From: Octopus bimaculoides
Lineage: Eukaryota
NCBI RefSeq assembly: GCF_001194135.2
Contig: NC_068982.1
Coordinates: 137,342,001-137,392,798 of the forward strand
Reading direction: 5' to 3'
DNA: 50,798 bases
Shown here: positions 26,170 through 37,607 of the stretch, piece by piece
How positions within the stretch are numbered: the stretch's first letter is position 1
Layout: the number at the start of each line of letters is the position of its first letter
Notes under the pieces: generated by a model
What the model was told of the DNA's origin: nothing
Database searches by the model: none
The model's input: only the letters and a program-made list of their open reading frames with translations
Position numbers and translations under genes: made by a program

Positions 26170-26371
26170 CTGAAGAAAAAAAAAAAAAAAATGAAATATA
26201 TAACATCATCATCATCATAATCATCATCATCATCACTATCCTTTAACATCCATGTTCCATGTTGGCATGAACCAAATTTGATGACTAGCACCCATGCCAA
26301 CCTTCCTTCATTTGACACTAAACTCAGCTTGCGAAGACCTGTTGGGGCAAGTGAGATCAAAAATAAACCAA

Positions 26372-26808
26372 ATTTGATGACTGGCACTTGTGCCAGTGGA
26401 GCACTAACAGCACCATCCAAGCAGGATCATTGCCAGAGCAGTGGTCTCGCTCCCGTGCTGGTGGCACGTAAAAAGCACCATTTGAGTGCGATCGTTTTGA
26501 GCTTCGCCTTACTGGCACTTGTGCCGGTAGAAAGTGAACAAAACATTGGACTGACTCCTGTGCAGGTGGCACGTAAAAAACACCATTCGAGCATGTCCGT
26601 TGTCAGTACTGCCGGACAGGCCCTCATGCCGGTGGCACATAAAAAGCACCCATTACACTCTTGGAGTGGTTGGTGTTAGGAAGGGCATCCAGCTGTAGAA
26701 ACTCTGCCAGATCAGATTGGAGTCTGGTGTAGCCATCTGGCTTACCAGTCCTCAGTCAAACCGTCCAACCCATGCTAGCATGGAAAGCGGACGTTAAATG
26801 ATGATGAT
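26372..26808 (+). mobile_element. RTE 3'UTR/tail fragment (five internal modules)
   Basis: Same sequence family as the 3'UTR of the 39571-41370 LINE; ends ggaaagcggacgttaaatgatgatgatg. Confidence 0.85.
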
Positions 26809-27468
26809 GTTGGCATGAGTTGCACAAGATCTGATGAGGATCTGCATTATGCCCCAATGTATGCTTGGTATAGTTTCTTTTCAATCATCTTTTGATACCC
26901 AACCTGCCTTAGAGTGCCCCTGGTTCTATGCCACAAACTCCATTTTAAAATTATCTAAATTGAAATCATCCACCAAGATTTGAAGATAATTTACATTCCA
27001 AAACATCACCTTAAGAATAAGAGTTATTTTCTAAAATTCATTATTTTCAAAATTAACAAATGAGAGTCAATGTGTTTCAACAGAAATATGGTAACAAAAA
27101 CTTGAAAGATCTAGGATAGACTTGATTAAGTGATATATTCATTCATTGAACACTGTATCAAACTGCAGAAAGTAGAATATTATAAATTCATGCCTGGGAA
27201 ATTTAATAAAATACTTCATAATTATATTTTAGATTTATGTCAAAAATATTACATGTGGTGTACAAGCTACAAAATAAAGAAGAAAAGTGAAAACACACGT
27301 CTTGAAATGTCATAACAAAAAGGAAATAGAGTTCAGCTAACCCTTCTATTGTAATACATTACTTTTATTTTAATTAAGTTAGTAAAATAAATATGTCATT
27401 ATTAAGCTGGAGTTTGGAACATAGTTGACATGAAATTTTTGATGAAAGGTTGGTTAGATTGCTTTTAA

Positions 27469-27689
27469 TCCTTTTGTTACCATATTTCTATTGAGATGCT
27501 CTGTGTTTCTTTCAATTATTTTAAATATAACAAAGAATTTAGTAAAATAACTTCGTTATCATTAAGTTAGTGTTAGGAAAATAAATTGTGACTAAGGTTT
27601 GGTGGAAAATATTAATTCAGAACTTTTGAAAACATGACATTTGTATTACAGAGCCAGAGCTGGTTTCAGGCAGGTTGGTATCAAAAGAG
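27469..27689. mobile_element. piggyBac-type MITE (older copy)
   Basis: Colinear with 30964-31185 (gagccagagctggtttcag motif), TTAA-flanked, with degenerate TIRs. Confidence 0.75.
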
Positions 27690-27988
27690 TTAAAATACTA
27701 GGGAAGGAAGAACTCACGTGGGTTGGCATCAAAAGGGTTAACAGAAATGCATAGATATAGATTTTGAAACTACCAAGTGATGGTACAATTCACATACTTA
27801 TAACATTCAAATATCTGTAAGAAATGATCAGTGTAATATGCATATGGTATACAAAGGGAAGTAATTAAACTCTTACTGATGACACAGGATAACAGAAAAT
27901 ATTTGTAATTAATGAATCCGAAGGAAGGAAACAATAATTACTAATTAATGGATAAGAAGAGGGAAAGGAAAATAACATTATTTTCTTA

Positions 27989-28374
27989 AGCGCAGGAGTT
28001 GCTGTGTGGTAAGTAGCTTGCTTACCAACCACATGGTTCTGGGTTCAGTCCCACTGCGTGGCACTTTGGGCAAGTGTCTTCCAACCAAAGCCTTGTGAGT
28101 GGATTTGGTAGACGGAAACTGAAAGAAGCCCGTCGTATATATGTAATATATGTGTGTGTGCGTGTGTGTTTGTGTTGTGTGTGTTTGTCCCCCCCAACAT
28201 CGCTTGACAACCGATCTTGGTGTGTTTACGTCCCTGTTACTTAGCAGTTCGGCAAAAGACGCCAATAGAATAAGTACTAGGCTTACAAAGAATAAGTCCT
28301 AGGGTCGATTTGCTCAACTAAAGGCGGTGCTCCAGCATGGCCACAGTCAAGTGACTGAAACAAGCAAAAGAGTA
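27989..28374 (+). mobile_element. SINE family A, full length
   Basis: Colinear with 25040-25444. Confidence 0.85.
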
Positions 28375-28613
28375 TCATATCGGTCTCATTTGTTACAGTG
28401 CTAAATTATGGGCATGAAAACAAAACCAATACAGTAGTGAAGTAGGAGGAGAGGTGGCAAACAGAGACAAAGAAACACACACATAGTAAACAGGCTTCCA
28501 CACAGTTTCCATCTACCAAATTCATTCACAAAGCATTGTTCAGCCAAGAGTGAGGGTAGAAGACACCTGTCCAAGGTGCTGCACAACAGGACTAAACCCA
28601 AAACTATGTAGAT

Positions 28614-29292
28614 CAGTGGTTCTCAACCGGGATCCATATGGCCGTTGAGGTCCACATCAGATCTTTCGTGGGAGCCACACAACAAAATATTAAATTGGGG
28701 ATCCACAACAATATTTTAAGGGCCCCAGAAAAAATTCACTTTAGATATATGTATTGGTATATATTGCAAGAAACAGCCAGGTCTCTTTCTCTAACATTTT
28801 ACATAGTTCAACCTACACAAATTAACGTGTGTAAACATTGGCACCTGTGCCCAGCGTCGCCTTCCTGGCACTTGTGCCGGTGGCACGTGTAAAGACATTC
28901 AAGCGAGAACGTTGCCAGTGCCGCTGGACTGGCTCCTGTGCAGGTGGCACGTAAAATACACCATTTTGAGCGTGGCCGTTGCCAGTACTGCCGGACTGGC
29001 CCTCATGCCGGTGGCATGTAAATCGCGCCCACTACACTCTCAGAGTGGTTGGTGTTAGCAAGGGCATCCAGCTGTAGAAACTCTGCCAGATCAGATTGGA
29101 GCCTGGTGTAGCCATCTGGTTCACCAGTCCTCAGTCAAATCGTCCAACCTATGCTAACATGGAAAGCAGACGTTAAACGATGATGATGATTCTATAAAAC
29201 TAGTTTTTAAACACTGAATGGCTACGGGGGTCCACCAGAATAAATTAGCAATCAAAGGGGGTCCATCGATAAAAAATGGTTGAGAACCCCTG
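28614..29292. mobile_element. hAT-type MITE with nested RTE fragment
   Basis: CAGTGGTTCTCAACC...GGTTGAGAACCCCTG, with 8-bp TSD ATGTAGAT/ATGTGGAT. Confidence 0.85.
28835..29190 (+). mobile_element. RTE 3'UTR/tail fragment nested in a hAT MITE
   Basis: Three modules plus tail, interrupting the element at 28614-29292. Confidence 0.8.
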
Positions 29293-29402
29293 ATGTGGAT
29301 AGAGCAAAGCAAGCTTCTGAACCACATAGCCACGCCTGTATAACAGACACAAACAAAACCTGGTCCAGAAGATGGAGATGCTCTTCTGATAGTAATACCT
29401 AC

Positions 29403-29542
29403 CTCAATATCATCACATTCAAAAGACCACACTTCTTCTCTGCTGCTGACTTTCCAGACTTTGAGAAAACCACTCAGGTCAGCTGTAGCAACATAAGTAC
29501 CATCAAAGCTAAAGGCAACGCTTGTCACTGAGTCTTTATGTC
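29403..29542 (-). CDS. AAMP: AAMP-like exon 4 (WD repeat)
   Basis: tttcag|GA...GAG|gtaggt. (G)[46 protein letters not shown]. Phase 1-0. Confidence 0.93.
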
Positions 29543-29686
29543 CTGAAATATAACAGAAATAAATATGGTTAGACTTTTATCATCTTTAAGATGCTTTGTG
29601 AATCTTTGATTGGTTTTGGTCACAGGACTCTGGTCATGCTGGGGCACAACTATCCACAGATTTAATCAACTATATCGATTCCAATA

Positions 29687-30070
29687 ATTACCTTCGCCTT
29701 AGCGAAGGTGGAGGTATTGTTTTCAGTCGCGTTTGTTTGTTTGTTTGTCCTTGGACATGATATCTCAAGAACCACTGGATGGATTCGGATGAAACTTTCA
29801 GGGATGTTTGACCTCGTGACTACCACGAACTGATTAAACTTTGGGATCGATCTGGTACTGGACAAGGATTCTGGATTATTTTTCCTGTTTCTTTCTTTTT
29901 TTTTTTTTATTAATTTTTGAGAGCAGTCAGGTTCATTTTTAATATTCTCGTTTGTGAGAGCAGTCGAGTTTATTTCAGATATTCTCATTTTAAAAATCAT
30001 CTCCAGCTAATCGTTGAGAGGACGTTGGTGTTGCCTTGGCAGAGGTTTGCACTCTCTGAGTAACTCTTGT
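29687..30070 (+). mobile_element. Non-autonomous Helentron/HINE-like element
   Basis: 5' attaccttcgccttagcgaaggtggaggt hairpin, (GTTT)n, 3' ccttggcagaggt...ctctgagt..ctcttgtt. The architecture is typical of Helentron-associated elements (family assignment from recall). Confidence 0.7.
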
Positions 30071-30963
30071 TTGTCTGTTATTAATGAATTAATAACAAAA
30101 CCTCGGAAGACGACGAATGACAGGCCACCAGGTGTAAAGGGAGATAACTACGATGGAATATAATCACGGTTTCTAATTTAGGCATAAAATCAACAGTTTT
30201 GAGGGAGTGTTAGTCAATGGCGTCATCGATCCCAATAAACAACTGGTACTTTATTTTATCGACCACATAAAGATGAAAAACAAGGTTGACTTCAGCGAGA
30301 TTTGAAAGATGGAATATAATAATATGAGATATTTTCATTCAGCACACCAATAGTCTACTATTAACGGTTGCACTCATACGTATGCATATCTGATGTGCTT
30401 CTGCATAGTTTTATCATGTAACATCCACTTTCCAGGCTACCATGGGCTGAACGGATCTGACAAGTCATAGGACTACGACATGTTGCAATGTCTAATTCGA
30501 CATGGTTTCTATGACTGTATGCTATTCCTAATGCCAACCATTTTACAGAATGTGCAGAGTGCATTTCTTTGTGGCACCAGCACTGGTGAGGATCGGCTTG
30601 TAACGTATACGTAACAATAACTGAAAGGGAATAGAAGATGGTGAGTGATGATTGAAGATGGAAGGATGAAGGAGAGTACGAGATGAGTACGGGGGTGGTG
30701 AGTGTGGTAGGAAACTGGGGAGAGGGGAGGGATTAATGATAATGAAATGATTGTGTATAGTGCTCAGGTGCACTACAACTCATCAAAGGTGCATGTACAG
30801 TACATAGAATTATGTACAAAAGTCAGGAAAGTGAACAGTGTATGAGTCATGATATATATGTGCGCATGCATATGGAGGGGGGATATCAAGTGTAGTGTTG
30901 TAATCAGAGCCAGAGCTGGTTTCAGCCGGGTTGGTAACGAAAGCGTTAATGTCCACTCTTTAA

Positions 30964-31185
30964 CCCTTTCATTACTGTATTTATTTTGAGATGTTCTATG
31001 TTTCTTTCAATTGATTTTGAATATAACAATGAATTTAGTAAAATAATTCAGTTATCATTCAGCTAGTGTTAGGAACATACATTGTGACTAAGGTTTGGTG
31101 GAAGATTTTAATTCAAAACTTATGTAAACAAGACATTTGTACTACAGAGCCAGAGCTGGTTTCAGCCAGGTTGGTAATGAAAGGG
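30964..31185. mobile_element. piggyBac-type MITE
   Basis: TTAA|CCCTTTCATTAC ... GTAATGAAAGGG|TTAA. A diverged copy of the same family is at 27469-27689. Confidence 0.85.
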
Positions 31186-31661
31186 TTAAACACAAAATAA
31201 GACTATTGGTGAACATAAAGATATATAATATAAAGACAGTGTAGCAAAAAGAACTGAACCCAAATATGAAACACTGGATTATATCAGTAGCATTGATTAT
31301 AAATAATTTTAGAATGTTTCTTGTCTTCATTGAAAATAGTGTAAACTTCTAACAGTATTTTATTAATGTGATTCTATTTTTCAAACTTACTTTGGTTTTT
31401 TTCCATGTATATATGGAGTACGTTTAATATTAATAAATCTGAATTATTATGCAGCATCTGCATGGGCATATTTATGTACCATTGCCACCTAAATGCACCC
31501 ATGTTGGGGCTACATAAAGGCATCCAGTATACCCTGTGAAGTGGTTGGTGTTAAGAAGGGCATCAAGCCATAGAAAAAAAGAGCCTGGGCAACTCTTCAG
31601 CTGGTTAGCTCCTGTCAAACCGTCCAACCCATGCCAGCATGAAACACGGATGTTAAATAAG

Positions 31662-31835
31662 GCAGCAAGCTGGCAGAAACGTTAGTTTGCCAGGTAAACT
31701 GCTTAGCAGTATTTTGTCTGTCTTTACGTTCTGAGTTCAAATTCCGCCAAGTTCGACTTTGCCTTTTATCCTTTATGGGTCGATGAATTAAGTACCAGTT
31801 GCATACTGGGGTCATTCTAATTTTGGGCCTTGTGC
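31662..31835 (+). mobile_element. SINE family B
   Basis: gcaagctggcagaaacgttag...gagttcaaattccgcc...gggccttgtgccta. Other copies lie near 19045, 20011, 30170 and 47890. Confidence 0.78.
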
Positions 31836-32310
31836 CTAAATAAATCTGAATTATTTACATCTATGTACCACCTAAATGCAGCCTTGCCAGTGCTGTGCAA
31901 AATCACCCAGGACACTCTGTGAAGTGGTTGGCATTAGGAAGGGCATCGAACCATAGAAACTATGTCGAAACAGACAGGGAGCCTGGTCAGCTGTTCAGCT
32001 CCTGTCAAAACAGTCCAACCTATGCCAGCAGGGAAAACAGACATCAAATGATGATGTTGATGATGAAAATAGGTGCAGGTGTGGCTGTGCGGTTAAGAAA
32101 TTTGCTTCCCTACCACCAGATTTCTGGGTTCAATCCCATTGCATCGCATTTTAGTGTCTTCTACTATAGCCCTGATCCAACCAAAGCCTGGTAAATGGAA
32201 ACTGAAAGAAGCCCATCATGTATACATATATGTGTGTGAATTAATGTTCGTTTTTATGTTCAGTTATAATAAAAACAATTTTACATTAATCTGTAGAGTA
32301 CAGATTTTAC

Positions 32311-32460
32311 AGGAAGGGCATCCAGCTGTAGAAACTCCGCCAGATCAGATTGGAGCGTAGTGCAGCCATCTGGTTTGCCAGTCCTCGGTCAAATCGTCTA
32401 ACCCATGCTAGCATGGAAAGCGGATGTTAAATAATGATGAAGATGATGATGATGATGATG
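32311..32460 (+). mobile_element. Short RTE tail insertion with target-site duplication
   Basis: Direct repeat TAGAGTACAGATTT at 32294-32307 and 32461-32474 flanks the 5'-truncated copy with its (GAT)n tail. Confidence 0.88.
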
Positions 32461-32877
32461 TAGAGTACAGATTTATCATCATCACTTAATGTACGCTTTC
32501 CATGCTGGCATGGGTTGGATGGTTTGACTGAAAACTGGCAAGCAGGGGAGCTACACCAGGTTCCAATCTGATATGGCTGGATGCCCTTCCTAATGCCAAC
32601 CACTTCGAGAGTGTAGTGGGTGCTTTTTACGTACCACTGGCATGGGTGTCATTAACCTAACACTGGCATCGGCCACAACTATTCACTTATATCACCAAGA
32701 GTCCATGAGGCTCAATGCTCAAATGGTGCTTTTTACATGCCACTGGCACAGGTGCCAGTCAGACGGCACTGGCATCAGCTACAACTATGATTTCACTCAG
32801 CTCAACAGGTCTTCAAGAATGCAATCCAATGATGGCTTAGCTGGTCAAAACTTCAAAGTCAGTCAACAACATTCTTG

Positions 32878-32924
<47 letters not shown>

Positions 32925-33136
32925 TGCATATGCTAGTGTCTCCTTGTCTTGACATTGCTTAATTGTTGTAAACGAATGCCCTTTGCTTCCGGTCATCCAT
33001 AACAAACACGTCTGGCTGTGAGGAGATATCAACTCGCTTGGAAACAGGTGAGGATTGGTGTCAGGAAGGGCATCCAACCATAAAAAATCTGCTGCAATAA
33101 ACTCCATCCGACCCATACAAGCATGGGAAAGTGATC

Positions 33137-33543
33137 ATCATCACCATTTGACATCTGTCTAACATGTTGACCCCTAAGGATCATATGGACCCCAGTTGAG
33201 AGCCATTGGTTTAGATTCTTGTTGTTCTGTGTGTATTCTTATGAATTATAAACCATTTTAATGTTTAATTACTCCTTTTATCTCTGTAGATGAATGGTTT
33301 GACAGGAGCAGTCAAACCTGAGGACTGCACCCAGTACTATTGTCTGCCTGGCATGGTTTTTGCAACTGGATGCCCTTCCTAACACCGACATCATCATTAT
33401 AATCAACATCATCGTTTAACGTCCGCTTTCCATGCTGGCATGGGTTCAACGGTTTGACTGAGGACTGGCGAGCCAGAAGGCTGCACCACGCTCCAATCTG
33501 ATCTGGCAGAGTTTCTACAGCTGGATGCCCTTCCTAACACCAA

Positions 33544-33574
<31 letters not shown>

Positions 33575-33850
33575 GTTTAACGTCCGCTTTCCATGCTGGC
33601 ATGGGTTGGACGGTTTGACTGAGGACTGGCGAACCAGATGGTTGCACCAGGCTCAAATCTGATCTGGCAGAGTTTCTACAGCCGGATACCCTTCCTAACG
33701 CTGACCAACAACTTTACAAAATGGATTGGATGCTTTTTTTACATGGCACCAACGCCAGAATGTTGAAGTCATCATCATCATCAACATCATCATTATCATT
33801 TAACGTCTGTCGTCTATGCTGGTATGGGTTTGACGGTTTGACTGGGCTGG
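33137..33850 (-). mobile_element. Cluster of head-to-tail RTE tail fragments
   Basis: At least four (CAT)n-gtttaacgtccgctttccatgc units in the same orientation. Confidence 0.8.
33164..33292. repeat. Perfect 129-bp inverted duplicate of 36003-36131
   Basis: Base-by-base identical to the reverse complement of 36003-36131. Confidence 0.95.
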
Positions 33851-34349
33851 CATGCTGAAAGGCTGAAACCAGACACCAGTCTGATTTGGTATTACAGCTG
33901 GAGGCCCACAATGATCACAATGATGATGAAAAGACATGATCGAAACAACAGGCTTATCTAAAATATCTAGACGGCAACAGATATACCTTTGATACTAGAC
34001 AATCATTCTTAAACTGGTTAATTATTATTTTTTCACTTACCACCCATTTCGGTATCAATAAAAAAGACACAACTGCTACCACTACAGCCTAATATGTAAC
34101 TGATACCGCATCTGATATCGTAATGATATGTAAAACTGTAAAATAATAGCATACAAGGCAAAGGTAACAGGACTGAAACAGATAATAATTTGTTTTCTTT
34201 ATAATCACAGCTATATAACAAAACAAATTATTATCAGTAAAAGCGGACGTTAAACGATGATGATGATGATGATGATCTAGTTCAGAACTGTTATCTTTGT
34301 CTTGTTGGTGTATTATTTTACAGTTATGCATGTCATTTCTCCCTTTTAT

Positions 34350-35085
34350 CATCATCATCATCGTTTAACGTCCGCTTTCCATGCTAGCATGGGTTGGACG
34401 ATTTGATTGAGGACTGGCGAACCAGATGGCTACACCAGGCTCCAATCTGATCTGGCAGAGTTTCTACAGCTGGATGCCCTTCCTAACGCCAACCACTCCA
34501 AGAGTGTGGTGGGTGCTTTTTATGTGCCACCGGCACAAGGGCCAGTCAGGCAGTACTGGCAATGACCACGCTCAAAATGGTGTTTTTTACGTGCCACCTG
34601 CACAGGAGCCTGTCCAGCGGCACTAGCAACGATCTCATTCGGATGTTTTTTTTCACCTGCCACGGGCACAAGTGCCAGTAAGGCAATGCTGGTAACGATC
34701 ACGCTCAAATGGTGCTATTTACGTGCCACCGGCACGGAAGCCAGACAGCTGCTCTGGCAATGATCACGCTCGGACGGTGATTTCTGTAGTGATTCCTGAA
34801 GGGCCAGAGGCTTTCCCTGTCTTCATACCTTTAATTGCTTTATCTACCAAGGTACTTTCAATTCAGATAGCTGGTCTCTCAGTTGGGTTGACATTTGGCA
34901 GACTCTCTTTCTCCCATTCATTCTCTTCGTTAAGCAACCTTTCATAGTGGCGTCTCCAAGTCTCTCTCCTTGCAGCCTCATTAAATGCAAGTGAGCCATC
35001 ATCTATGCAGGCACATTTCTCTCTTATGACATCACAATTCTCTCTCATATGTAAATTAACTGTTAGGGACATTAGCAGTGTTTGC
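34350..35085 (-). mobile_element. Internally deleted RTE LINE: pre-RT ORF2 fragment joined directly to 3'UTR modules and tail
   Basis: DDGSLAFNEAARRETWRRHYERLLNEENEWEKESLPNV...KAIKGMKTGKASGPSGIT joins at about 34778 to the same 3'UTR as 39571-40110. Confidence 0.85.
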
Positions 35086-35354
35086 ATGGAATAATAATTA
35101 GCACATCTAACACAAACCTTATGTATTATTTAGATCACCTTAAACAAAAGAAATTGTACCTTTAGACATTTACAACTGTTTAAGGCAATCTAAACAGATC
35201 TAATTTAGCCTAGAGGCAGCTTATCCTGTTCAGGCTATATTATTAGCATTATCCTGCGTTGGAGAATTTAAAATCACTTCTTTAACTTTCTAAAACATCT
35301 CAACGCTTCTAAAGCAAACTTCTGTTTGTTTACATTCATCGTAATTTGAATTTA

Positions 35355-35389
<35 letters not shown>

Positions 35390-35393
<4 letters not shown>

Positions 35394-35625
35394 CACCATT
35401 TGAGCGTGGCCGATGCCAGTGCCACCTGACTGGCTCCTATGCCAGTGGCACATAAAAAGCACCCACTACACTCTTGGAGTGGTTGGTGTTAGGAAGGGCA
35501 TCCAGCTGTAGAAACCTTGCCAGGTCAGATTGGAGCCCGGTGCAGCCTCCTGGCTCGCCAGTCCTCAGTCAAACCGTCCATCCCATGCCAGCATGGAAAA
35601 CAGATGTTAAACGACGACGACGATG
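35390..35625 (+). mobile_element. RTE tail fragment
   Basis: aaagcaccatttgagcgtgg...gttaaacgacgacgacgatgat. Confidence 0.78.
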
Positions 35626-35885
35626 ATATATACACACACAAACAGACTTTCACACTTATATTTGTGTGTATGTCTTTGTTTGTTCCCCCAACAGCTTGGT
35701 AGTATCGGTTTGGTTATGTCCCCATAACATAATGGTTTATCAAAGAGACCAGTAGAATAAGTAAGAGTGTCAAAGCAAATCAAGTGCTGGGGTTAGTTTG
35801 TTCAGCTAAACTCTTCAAAGCAGTGCCCCAGCCTGGCCACAGTGTGATGACTGAAACAAACAAAAGATATGTAGAAATGTCATAC

Positions 35886-36005
35886 CATTACATTCCAAAA
35901 CCACGTTTCCAGTTTCAGTGTCCCACAGATAAGCTTTGTCATCTTGTCCCCCGGTGACTGCCATCTTCAGGCCAGAGGGATGCAGAGATATGCAGTAGAC
36001 AACAT
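35886..36005 (-). CDS. AAMP: AAMP-like exon 3 (WD repeat)
   Basis: ctctgtag|AT...G|gtatga. (D)VVYCISLHPSGLKMAVTGGQDDKAYLWDTETGNVVLECN versus AAMP [27 protein letters not shown]. 120 nt, phase 1-1. Confidence 0.92.
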
Positions 36006-36086
36006 CTACAGAGATAAAAGGAGTAATTAAACATTAAAATGGTTTATAATTCATAAGAATACACACAGAACAACAAGAATCTAAAC

Positions 36087-36965
36087 CAATGGCTCTCAAC
36101 TGGGGTCCATATGATCCTTAGGGGTCAACATATTTATTTTTATATAATTCCCAACAAGAGCACTCAGAGAGTGCAAACCTCCACCAACATCCCTTCAACA
36201 ATTAACCAGAGATGATTTTGAAAATGAGAATATCTGAAACAAACTCAACTGCTCTCACAAACAAGAATACTAATAATGAACCTGATTGCTCTCAAAAATT
36301 AACCCATTACCTACCAGTGATCTCATATGAGATCACTTAAAAATTACAAATTTCGTAATTATCTGTCAATATTTACACATATCTAACCTTTTTGCTATAT
36401 CTACTAGGTATATTTCTCTGATATTCAAATGAGGTTTGCTAATTTTTCACCCAATATCTCGCTTATTTTTATTTAAAATGTTATTTTGAAATGTTATTTT
36501 GATCATTCCAATGTGTATCTAAGGCTGTTTTATGCTAGAAATCAAAGTTTCATAAAAAAATTCCAGTTAATAGAATTATGGGAGGTAATGGGTTAAGTAA
36601 AAAAAACAAGAAAATAAACCAGAATCTTTGTCCGGTAGCGGATCGATCCCCAAATCTAATCAATTTGTGCCAGTCATGAGGCCAAACATCCCTGAAAGTT
36701 TCATCTGAATCCATCCAGTGGTTCTTGAGATATCTTGTCCNNNNNNNNNNAATCCATCCAGTGGTTCTTGAGATATCTTGTCCACAGACAAACAAACAAA
36801 CACGACTGAAAAAACAATACCTCCGCCTTCGCTAAGGCGGAGGTAATAATATTTAAATATAAAAATAAATGGGATTTTTTTAAGCATTGAATGGTTATGA
36901 AGGGTCCGGTACAATAAAATAGGAATCAAAGGGATCCATAGTCAAAAAATGGTCAAGAACCACTG
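36087..36965. mobile_element. hAT-type MITE with nested Helentron-like element
   Basis: Perfect 8-bp TSD ATCTAAAC (36079-36086, 36966-36973). Termini CAATGGCTCTCAAC and GGTCAAGAACCACTG. Confidence 0.85.
36153..36848 (-). mobile_element. Non-autonomous Helentron/HINE-like element (nested in hAT MITE)
   Basis: Reverse complement of the 29687-30070 family, with a perfect hairpin acctccgccttcgctaaggcggaggt at about 36819-36844. Confidence 0.72.
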
Positions 36966-37607
36966 ATCTAAACAATAGCATATGCATTTATTTGCAATAC
37001 ATTCGAGTAGATTTTAATGTAAATACACTGGTCACTGACTGTTGCCTCAAGGTCTCTTTACATCAATGAATCTTGTGTCTTATGAAGATTTATCAACTAA
37101 AAGGATGTGATGGTCTCCAATGATAGAAAACAAGTGATCAGCATCTTCATATTTGAGCAAGAATATATTGAGAAAGAACAGATATGCTGTTGCTTAAACA
37201 ATAAAAATGAAACAAAAGGTTGTTGTGCCAATAAACGGACACACACACACATTGGCTTTATTTCACTTCATTATTTATTGTCCAGTTGGTTAACCATTTA
37301 ACTATTGTTCAATCAATCAATCAATCGGCTAGGTTCGTCAAAGCCATTTGCAACTTCATCAATGACATGCCTTCTCTGCTCCAAGCCCCATTTGATTTCA
37401 TCCCCTATCCCCACCTTTTCAGTTTTGGGGGTTTGAAATCAGAACCCAGTGGAATAAGGACTGAATCAAAAAGATTTGAAAATGAATGAAATTTCAAAAT
37501 TCAAGTTAAAACTCAAAAATTCTTTAAAAGTTGAAATCTGGATTAAAAGTGTTGACAAATTTAATCATTTTAATTACCGTAACATCAAAACTTGAATAAC
37601 ATTTTAA

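Noticed and set aside
26372-26660. Regularly spaced palindromic repeats as a possible CRISPR array
   Set aside because: Units are diverged, the spacers are homologous between loci, and the block is the 3'UTR of a eukaryotic LINE; no cas genes.
26825-26850. CTGATGA as a hammerhead ribozyme core
   Set aside because: No stem II followed by GAAA, and no flanking stems.
36705-36783. Direct repeat aatccatccagtggttcttgagatatcttgtcc on both sides of an N-run
   Set aside because: Overlapping contig ends around a 10-N scaffold gap; assembly artefact.
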